Assembly (NCBI GenBank): GCA_943353165.1
Contig: CALRAM010000002.1
Location: 65,716-129,715, forward strand
From: an uncultured Candidatus Saccharimonas sp.
GTDB lineage: Bacteria > Patescibacteriota > Saccharimonadia > Saccharimonadales > OMJO01
Direction: 5' to 3'
Length of the DNA: 64,000 nt
Part shown: positions 57,163 through 64,000 of the stretch, piece after piece
Position numbering within the stretch: the stretch's first letter is position 1
Layout of the letters: each line of letters opens with the position of its first letter
Program-made: the position numbers and the translations under genes
The notes under the pieces: model-generated
Database searches by the model: none
What the model was told of the DNA's origin: nothing
What the model saw: only the letters and a program-made list of their open reading frames with translations

Positions 57163-57199
57163 GCCTTGTAATTATACAGATACCTGCTATAATATATTT

Positions 57200-58171
57200 A
57201 TGAATGATAATATGGATGCTCCTATAAAACTTAACTGGGATTTTTCTTTTTCTGATAAACAAAACGACTATAATCCGGAATTGAGCTTTAGCCGTAACGA
57301 ACTACAAACCTTGATACAAAAAAATACAGAATTTTGCATAGACAGTGTAGCCACTAACTACAAACTCAGTAATAAAGTAGTAAATTCTATATATGACAAA
57401 ATTTCACAGTTTGAAACTAGTTTAGTAGCAGGTTGCGAGGGTGAATATAATAACAATACTCAGGAAGCTCTTAACATCGGAAATATCACGAAAAAGCTAG
57501 GAAATGTAGCGTTAATGCCCCACACTTCCTTTGCTCAACTATTCCCAAAAGATAGATCTATATTTCTGTCTGTTAATAGTGCTATTGAAGAGGCAAGGTT
57601 TCTCGACTCGGCATTAAAAGTAGTGGTACCAGTGTACAAAGAAAACAATATAATGATCAGTGAAAAAACTATGAAAAGCTTGGATATATTGGCAGAAAAC
57701 CCTAGAAAATTAATGGAAACATCCATAAGTATGGCTTATGCTAGACGATTATTGAAATACGGGCTTTTGCGTAACGAAGATATGCCTGTAGGAATGATAG
57801 ATTCACTTGGTTTCGACAAATGGATTATGCATTGCAAAGAAAAACAAGGTCGCGTAACTAACTATAACAAAAAGGATAAATCCATACTTAGCGAGTTCTA
57901 TAAAAAAGAAAATTTGGCCGTAAAGAATCTGAGGTATTCCTTGTGGACATCACTTTTTTACTCGATTATAGATGTAGATCCAGAACAAGACCCGTTTTTG
58001 TACGTTAATTATGCGCAACAAGTTGACAACAAAAGCGAGTATTCCGTAACTTTTAACTACGAAGGCACGACTTGTAGGTTGGATAATGACGATATAAAAG
58101 ACACTCTAAATAAAATATTCGTCCCTAGCGATACTAAAATGACTGTCATAGCCAACAAAACCGTAGAATAA
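57200..58171 (+). CDS. Hypothetical protein encoded by an AT-rich gene
   Basis: 323-aa uninterrupted ORF, Asn/Lys/Ile rich. No family recognised. It sits where rplS usually follows trmD. Confidence 0.5.
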   Translation: MNDNMDAPIKLNWDFSFSDKQNDYNPELSFSRNELQTLIQKNTEFCIDSVATNYKLSNKVVNSIYDKISQFETSLVAGCEGEYNNNTQEALNIGNITKKLGNVALMPHTSFAQLFPKDRSIFLSVNSAIEEARFLDSALKVVVPVYKENNIMISEKTMKSLDILAENPRKLMETSISMAYARRLLKYGLLRNEDMPVGMIDSLGFDKWIMHCKEKQGRVTNYNKKDKSILSEFYKKENLAVKNLRYSLWTSLFYSIIDVDPEQDPFLYVNYAQQVDNKSEYSVTFNYEGTTCRLDNDDIKDTLNKIFVPSDTKMTVIANKTVE

Positions 58172-58173
58172 TA

Positions 58174-59460
58174 TTACAATTTTTTGCAAACGCGACAGGG
58201 CTCTTCGCTATCGTCTTCTGCCATCCACCGAGAAGTGGCTTTTCTAAAAGGTTCGTAGTCGTGGTAGGCAACCAAATCAGCCGCCCTTCGCACTAACCAG
58301 CCCAACCTTCCATAAATCTGTACTTTTCCCCATAGAATTGCCGACCATTTTCTGCCTGCAGGTATGACATAAATAGGTTTTTTGGCGTAGTAAGGTTTTG
58401 CGCTCTTGCCATCGGCTAGTCTTTTTAGGTTTTTTGCTAAAAATTTACCATCGTAGAGTGCTGTTTGGGCCATTCCGCTGTACGGCGTGTCAGCATTGTC
58501 GCCTATGACATAAATACCCGAGTCAGACTGGAGGTACTGGTCCACTCTAACTCTACCATTGCTTGCTAGTTGAAAGCCTTGGTCAGCAAAAAAAGTATTA
58601 TTTTTGACGCCAGCAGTCCATATAACAGTTCGGCTTAGTATAGTTTTGCCTGCTATCATCAGCCCTTTTGTCGTTTCTGCTTCAACTTTGCTATTTAAAT
58701 AGATTTTGACCCCTAGTTTGTGTAGGCGCCTGCTCACAGCATCGGAATAGCGGCGGGGCATTTTAGGCAATAATCTTTTGGCGCTTTCTACTAAATCTAC
58801 ATGAATTTTAGGGTTTTTTACGTTATGTCTTTTGCATATTTCTTTTAGATAGGCTGGTAGCACTCCAGATAGTTCAACACCAGTTGGCCCGCCACCTACA
58901 ACTATATAGTTCAAGTCGGGGTGTTTGTCTACCAATAGCTGATCGTGTAAGTGTTTTTTTAGGCGTTCGGCGTCTTTGTTCGATTTTATGCCGTACGAAT
59001 ACTCCCGGAGTCCTTTTATGCCAAAATAGTTTGGCATAGTACCTATACACAGAACCAGTCCGTCAAAAGAAATACTGTGTCCAGTGTTTGTGCCAATCGT
59101 ACGACTCTTTTTGTCCAATTTGTTAACTGTGCTTTTTATGACATGAACAGATTTACCCGCAAAAAGTTCGTTCAGCATTATCGAAGAAATAATCCTGCGC
59201 CCTCCCGTAGCAGTTCGGAAAAGTGTAGGATAATAGCGAAAATCAGGTTTGTCACTAACAAGCGTAATATGAAATCTTTTGTCCTGGGATAGTTCCAGGG
59301 CGGCCTTTATCCCGGCAAAACCTCCACCAACTATAACGATTTTGTGCTTGCTCAAAAATGTTCCTTTATTCTTATGTATATTTGTATCTATGTTAGCATG
59401 TAGTGTCGCTATGTGTATAATTTGCGCAGCCATGTTGTAACAGTATGGCTTAGTTGGCAT
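58174..59460 (-). CDS. ndh: Type II NADH dehydrogenase (NDH-2) / FAD-dependent pyridine nucleotide-disulfide oxidoreductase
   Basis: Two Rossmann motifs (IVIVGGGFAG, VVGGGPTGVE). The exact start is uncertain; several in-frame ATGs precede the first GxGxxG. Confidence 0.8.
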   Translation of the reverse strand: MPTKPYCYNMAAQIIHIATLHANIDTNIHKNKGTFLSKHKIVIVGGGFAGIKAALELSQDKRFHITLVSDKPDFRYYPTLFRTATGGRRIISSIMLNELFAGKSVHVIKSTVNKLDKKSRTIGTNTGHSISFDGLVLCIGTMPNYFGIKGLREYSYGIKSNKDAERLKKHLHDQLLVDKHPDLNYIVVGGGPTGVELSGVLPAYLKEICKRHNVKNPKIHVDLVESAKRLLPKMPRRYSDAVSRRLHKLGVKIYLNSKVEAETTKGLMIAGKTILSRTVIWTAGVKNNTFFADQGFQLASNGRVRVDQYLQSDSGIYVIGDNADTPYSGMAQTALYDGKFLAKNLKRLADGKSAKPYYAKKPIYVIPAGRKWSAILWGKVQIYGRLGWLVRRAADLVAYHDYEPFRKATSRWMAEDDSEEPCRVCKKL

Positions 59461-59638
59461 GGACGCATTTATTCAAGACATAAAAACCAAAGGTTTGCTC
59501 AAGCAATTAAAACAGGATTTCGACCCTCTAAATATTTTCAACCCCCACAAAAAGACAGATACAGCGTGGGACTACACAATGGCCCATATAAGGCATCATT
59601 TTTTAGTATTTTCTAGGGGCATATATCCTGATTGGTTG

Positions 59639-60286
59639 CTAGCCGAGTATATTTATAGCTCTGGCAGCTAATAAAGCAACAGTAGTTAATGAAACCAAGG
59701 CTTGAATGGACATCAATAATTTTGCCCTATGTGTTAGCGGCATGGCGTCTGTAGGGCTAAAGGCTGTGCCAACTGTAATAGAGATGAATAGGTAATCCAT
59801 AAAACTAGGACTCCATCCTGGCTGTTCTGTAACTAGACTGGTTGTTGTCATCTGTGGAAACAAAAAATCTACTGGCGGTTGATGTGTACCACGTCCGCCC
59901 GGCCCACCTCCGTCTAGCGCCCAGTACAATAAACCGAACATAATTATATTTGTTAAGTATATAGCTAGAGCTGACAGGATAAGTTGTTTGCCGGTAGTCT
60001 GCCCGCCATTTATTAGTTTTTGTACAACCAGAACCAAAGATGAAATATTAGCAAATGAGATAACGCCAATAAGCATTAGCCCTGCAAACCGTTTAATTCG
60101 GCTAGCTACGGTGTGTGTTATAGGAGACATGATTCGTAGGGCAACCATCAGCAAAAGCTCCATGACGTATATCAGATATTTTGGTCCAATAGATAGCTTG
60201 TTTGGCAGATAAAACTGAACCAATATTGCCACCACAACCGCAAGCTCCATATGCCACAGAGGCTCGTGGACTCTTTGTTTACTCAT
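59639..60286 (-). CDS. Hypothetical integral membrane protein
   Basis: 215 aa with five or six hydrophobic helices and a Gly/Pro-rich loop (DGGGPGGRG). Confidence 0.5.
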   Translation of the reverse strand: MSKQRVHEPLWHMELAVVVAILVQFYLPNKLSIGPKYLIYVMELLLMVALRIMSPITHTVASRIKRFAGLMLIGVISFANISSLVLVVQKLINGGQTTGKQLILSALAIYLTNIIMFGLLYWALDGGGPGGRGTHQPPVDFLFPQMTTTSLVTEQPGWSPSFMDYLFISITVGTAFSPTDAMPLTHRAKLLMSIQALVSLTTVALLAARAINILG

Positions 60287-60301
60287 GTTTATACTATAAC
60301 A

Positions 60302-60688
60302 CTAACGCTTTTGTTTTGATTCCAATCTGTGAATACTGTCATGGTCCAAACCAAAAAAATGAGCCACTTCATGCCAAACGGTTTTTTTGACATGCTGTAG
60401 TGCTTCGGTGGAATTGTTGCTGATATGCGCAATAGGCAAACGAAATATAGTTATCTTGTCCGGAAGCACAAGATTGTAATTAGAGTTGCGTTTTGTCAGA
60501 GGAATTCCTTCGTATAGTCCAAACAATGTTTGATTACAGTGTAGTTTTAGGCTATTCCTTTGTTCTGGAGTTGGCTCATCGGCAGCTACAAACACAACAT
60601 TTTGCAGGTTTTTGTAATATTTTTCCGGGATGGTATCTATGCCTGCACTTATCATAGACTCAAACTCTTCCGTTTTTATATCTATCAT
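60302..60688 (-). CDS. Small zincin-like metallopeptidase family protein
   Basis: HEVAHFFGLDH motif near the C-terminus; 128 aa. Confidence 0.75.
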   Translation of the reverse strand: MIDIKTEEFESMISAGIDTIPEKYYKNLQNVVFVAADEPTPEQRNSLKLHCNQTLFGLYEGIPLTKRNSNYNLVLPDKITIFRLPIAHISNNSTEALQHVKKTVWHEVAHFFGLDHDSIHRLESKQKR

Positions 60689-61596
60689 GTTTTTAGTATT
60701 TTAGTTAGTCGGTAGTGTGAAAATTTGTCTATCTTTTTGGCAAATTTGGTCAAATACTTAAGCGCATAAGGTGCACTGATATAACTCAAATATGCATAAA
60801 GAATACCAAATAATACATCCACAACGTAATGTTCACCCAAATAAACGACTCCAAACCAAATAGACGCTGGGTAAATCAGGCTAAGTGCAAACCAACGATT
60901 GCCCCATATTTTTCGCACAAATAAGGCTAATAAAAATGGATATGCGGCATGTAGAGACGGCATTGCTGCAACCGTATTTGGCGCTAGTTGTTTGTAATAC
61001 GATGAAAAGTCTTTTACCCCAAATGCGTACCAAACATCACTTGAAACACGATGTATTGGTTCTATAAAGCGCAGATCGCTAGCCATCCACGGTGGCGCGG
61101 CAGGATATAGTACGTATGTTATAAAACCCGCATATGACAAAACTACTAGTGATGTTATAAATAGCCAATACTGCTTTGGTCGGTATTTCCAAATGGCTAC
61201 TGCCAACAGTATGGGTGTAACAAAATGTAACATATACAAAAAATAAAAATAAAAGTCATACCAAGCCACACGGCCAAAATACATATGCTGTTGTAGCCAA
61301 GCGGTTGGCAGCACCCCGCCAAATAACCACTTGTCGAAGTGAACCATTTCCATGTAGTGTACGTTACTATTTATTAATGGGGCCAAACTGCGAAGTTTTT
61401 CGTAAGATAATAAAAGCAAAACAAAAGGCAGAAAATATATGACAAAACTTTTACCTTGACCAAGTATGTAAAATAGTCCAAACAAAGCCAGAAACATTAT
61501 GTCTGGCGTCCAAAAGGTCCGCACAAATACAAACAACACAAACAAACCCAGCAAGTATCCTAAAACCAAAAATTTTCTGAAAGATATGTTCAACAC
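60685..61596 (-). CDS. PAP2-superfamily membrane phosphatase/phosphotransferase-like protein
   Basis: Polytopic, with PSLHAAY and GEHYVVDV motifs resembling PAP2 C2/C3. Confidence 0.65.
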   Translation of the reverse strand: MLNISFRKFLVLGYLLGLFVLFVFVRTFWTPDIMFLALFGLFYILGQGKSFVIYFLPFVLLLLSYEKLRSLAPLINSNVHYMEMVHFDKWLFGGVLPTAWLQQHMYFGRVAWYDFYFYFLYMLHFVTPILLAVAIWKYRPKQYWLFITSLVVLSYAGFITYVLYPAAPPWMASDLRFIEPIHRVSSDVWYAFGVKDFSSYYKQLAPNTVAAMPSLHAAYPFLLALFVRKIWGNRWFALSLIYPASIWFGVVYLGEHYVVDVLFGILYAYLSYISAPYALKYLTKFAKKIDKFSHYRLTKILKT

Positions 61597-61814
61597 AGAT
61601 ATATTGTAACTTAATTTAAATTTGTTTTACCCTAAAAAATACGTAGGCAAAGTATGTGCTATTGCAATAAGCCCCAATGTGCTATAGTTATATGCAAGCA
61701 AGTTGTTACTAACACCTCGCCGTTGTCATATTACGTTCCCACAAAGACATACTATTACCTACGGTTAGACGAAATAACGCGGGCGATATTAGTTAAAGAA
61801 AGGACAAAATAACA

Positions 61815-62096
61815 ATGGCAATTAAATTATATGTAGGCGGACTTCCGTACAGCATGACAGATAGTGACCTAGAGGCGCTATTTGCAGAAATCGGTAAAGT
61901 TGTTAGCTCGGCAGTTATTGTCGATCGCGACACAAACCGTTCAAAAGGCTTTGGCTTTATTGAAATGGAAGACGATGCTGATGGACAACGAGCTATCAAA
62001 GAACTAGACGGCAAAGACGTCGGTGGACGTTCTATTGTTGTAAACGAAGCACGACCAAAAGAAGATCGACGCCCAAGTGGCGGCGGTTACCGCTAA
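61815..62096 (+). CDS. RRM-type RNA-binding protein with a Gly/Arg tail
   Basis: RNP-2 KLYVGGLPY and RNP-1 KGFGFIEM. Confidence 0.9.
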   Translation: MAIKLYVGGLPYSMTDSDLEALFAEIGKVVSSAVIVDRDTNRSKGFGFIEMEDDADGQRAIKELDGKDVGGRSIVVNEARPKEDRRPSGGGYR

Positions 62097-62121
62097 ACTA
62101 CGATAGTCTAGTACTATTTAC

Positions 62122-62151
62122 AAAAACGAGCCTGGAGACAGGCTCGTTTTT
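62122..62151 (+). terminator. Intrinsic terminator after the RRM gene
   Basis: Stem acgagcctg/caggctcgt followed by TTTTT. Confidence 0.75.
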
Positions 62152-62162
62152 GATTGCCAAGT

Positions 62163-62204
62163 ATATATGACGGTTTTTGACATAACCGTCATATATGATA
62201 CAAT
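62163..62204 (+). promoter_or_regulatory. Perfect 13-bp inverted repeat overlapping a strong promoter (TTGACA - 16 nt - TGaTACAAT)
   Basis: Arms atatatgacggtt (62163-62175) and aaccgtcatatat (62184-62196). The -35 (62177-62182) lies in the spacer and the -10 is at 62199-62204. Confidence 0.6.
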
Positions 62205-62235
62205 ATGTGTTACAGAAAAGACGTAGAAAATTATT

Positions 62236-62898
62236 ATGGACAATAAAGATTCAAATTACAGTCATGGTCATCATCATATGGAGTTTCACGATCAAGAAGA
62301 TGTCAGGTCTAATAGACTTGCCGCGTCTGCAATTCTAAATATTGCATCTGCAGGATTGCAGCTATGGGGTGGCTATTCCGGAGTTGAAAGCGTCTTGATA
62401 GTAGAAGCAGCCGAAGAATTTACAGATGGCATGGCTTTCGCTGCAGCTGCGGTAGAAGTCAGGACTGAAAAAAAACAACTATCTCAAAAAGCCAGAAACT
62501 TAGCCATAGGGTTTGCTATGGGGGCAGCCACCATAGCAACGGGTATTACTGCAACTGAATTAGTGGCAGAGCGTGGTTCTATGCTTCAACCGTTGGAAGG
62601 CATAGATCTGAATAACAATGCGTACAAGGCCGCCGTGGGAGCACTGGCTATAAATTCTGTAGTATTCTTTTTGAATAGAAATGGAAACAAATCTGATAAG
62701 ACTATTGACAGGTTTGCTTTCAAAGATTCGCTCAAAGATGCAGCTATACCGGCTACAGTATTGGGTTTGGCTGCCGTAAAAGCGCCGCAATACATTAAAA
62801 GTATATTTGAGATTGGCGCTGTATCCTATGGTTGGTACAATACCGTTCAACTATACAAAGGTTGGCGCCGAAAAGCTCAAAAACACGAAGCTAAATAA
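62236..62898 (+). CDS. Hypothetical membrane protein with a His-rich N-terminus; weak resemblance to the cation-efflux (CDF) TM domain
   Basis: SHGHHHMEFH N-terminus and several TM helices. The first two helices loosely resemble the CDF signature but lack its Asp/His ligands. Confidence 0.4.
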   Translation: MDNKDSNYSHGHHHMEFHDQEDVRSNRLAASAILNIASAGLQLWGGYSGVESVLIVEAAEEFTDGMAFAAAAVEVRTEKKQLSQKARNLAIGFAMGAATIATGITATELVAERGSMLQPLEGIDLNNNAYKAAVGALAINSVVFFLNRNGNKSDKTIDRFAFKDSLKDAAIPATVLGLAAVKAPQYIKSIFEIGAVSYGWYNTVQLYKGWRRKAQKHEAK

Positions 62899-63149
62899 AA
62901 AATATAACGCATCCGAAAGACCTTACTTTGGAGACTGCGCCATTCATGTGTTAGGACAAGGAACCATAACCCAAAAAGACGGGTTCAAAGAGTTCTCAGC
63001 CTATATTTATTTGTTAAAAAAAGTTACTTAGACTAAATATCTAAGCAAAAAGAGTAGAATTAAATTTATAATGCTTGTTCATTTATATTATTCTAGTTAT
63101 ATTTATATGATAGTAGCAGTACAAAAATTAATAAAAAAGGATAAGCATT

Positions 63150-63698
63150 ATGGTCAAAAAAGCAGATAGAAAAACACTTGACGTAACTTTTACTTTACTA
63201 GGTCTTGCGGTCACGGTAATACTATTTGTTGCAGGCTGCATTGGAATGTATGCCTATAATTTTGCAACTTCTACAGTTAGAAGTGAATTGGTTCAGCAGA
63301 AAATCTTTTTTCCACCAGCAGGTAGTCCAGGCTTAAGTGCTAGCGAGTTTCCTGATCTTCAGAAATATGGTGGCCAGCAGGTAGACGATGGCATTAAAGC
63401 GAAGGCTTATGCCAACGGATTCATCGGAAGACATCTAGATAAAGTCGCTAATGGAAAAACATATTCAGAAGTAAGCGCCGAGTCAAAACTCGATCCAACC
63501 AACGCAAAACTAACGGCACAAAAAGCAACTCTATTCCAGGGCGAAACACTACGTGGAATTTTGCTTGGAGATGGCTATGCCTACTGGACATTTGGTTTAA
63601 TCGCCTACTATGCGTCCATAGTTGCACTTACTGGTTCTGCTGTAATGTTATTGCTAGTAATCCTAGGCTACCGACACATTCGTCATAATAAGAATTAA
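63150..63698 (+). CDS. Hypothetical protein with N- and C-terminal TM helices
   Basis: 182 aa: TM helices at both ends and a ~110-aa outer domain. Confidence 0.5.
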   Translation: MVKKADRKTLDVTFTLLGLAVTVILFVAGCIGMYAYNFATSTVRSELVQQKIFFPPAGSPGLSASEFPDLQKYGGQQVDDGIKAKAYANGFIGRHLDKVANGKTYSEVSAESKLDPTNAKLTAQKATLFQGETLRGILLGDGYAYWTFGLIAYYASIVALTGSAVMLLLVILGYRHIRHNKN

Positions 63699-63700
63699 AC

Positions 63701-64000
63701 ATGAAAAAAATTATATTAGTATTAGGCGTGACTCTGGTTATTGTTTTGGCTGGTGCGTATTTTGTAGTTAATCGTAGTTCAAGTACGCAAACTTACACTA
63801 GTCCATCGAGCGCTGTCATTACAACTAGCTCAACACCCGGTACTTCTCAAATTAATACGGCTGCCGTAATGAAAGAAGTGAAGTGGGGGAATGACATGCA
63901 GATCTCCTTCACTAGTGGCCTAGTACGGATACAGGCCAACGGTATACCTAATCACAAGAGGGACTCCCAGTACGCCGTTCCAAATAATCAGGTGGTTGTG
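63701..64000 (+). CDS. Hypothetical secreted/anchored protein; 3' end lies outside the window
   Basis: ATG at 63701 and the signal-like MKKIILVLGVTLVIVLAGAYF. The frame is open to the window end. ANGIPNH resembles YHYH-domain proteins (weak). Confidence 0.4.
   Translation, partial: MKKIILVLGVTLVIVLAGAYFVVNRSSSTQTYTSPSSAVITTSSTPGTSQINTAAVMKEVKWGNDMQISFTSGLVRIQANGIPNHKRDSQYAVPNNQVVV

Overview
The window is a compact, mostly plus-strand, housekeeping-rich bacterial segment. Many adjacent genes overlap by 4 nt (ATGA). The standard genetic code applies, with TGA used as a stop. There are no rRNA genes, CRISPR arrays, transposases or integrases.

Gene content: atpD/atpC, mnmA, a short alaS, ftsA, ruvX, mltG, obg, sbcB, uvrA, uvrC, ligA, leuS, rpmF-nusB-NUDIX-rnc, rpsP-KH-trmD, NDH-2, a peptidoglycan cluster with ddl and two MurF-like ligases, a LysM/CHAP hydrolase, a pilin-like protein and a WhiB-like protein. 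This content, the missing rimM/rplS neighbours and many TGnTAnAAT extended -10 boxes suggest a reduced-genome Patescibacteria/CPR organism, possibly Saccharibacteria. That assignment is inference only.

I read eight intact tRNA genes by hand, all encoding CCA: Leu-CAG, Leu-GAG, Val-TAC, Phe-GAA, Gly-GCC, Cys-GCA, Leu-TAA and Ala-GGC.

The most unusual signal is non-coding. Three tRNA loci (Leu-GAG, Ala-GGC, Gly-GCC) carry truncated tRNA copies, and Leu-CAG shows a probable trace of the same material. The truncated copies are interrupted by, or fused to, structured GC-rich inserts built around a shared core, CCGCCTGTGGCGGG. These come with duplicated terminators and replacement promoters. I could not match this to a known element class. 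It may be a small tRNA-targeting insertion or recombination element, or a structured RNA family.

Secondary leads:
- an AT-rich orphan gene where rplS would be expected
- a structured non-coding block where rimM would be expected
- a WhiB-like gene beside the tRNA-Ala mosaic
- probable leaderless genes
- a perfect palindromic operator over a promoter
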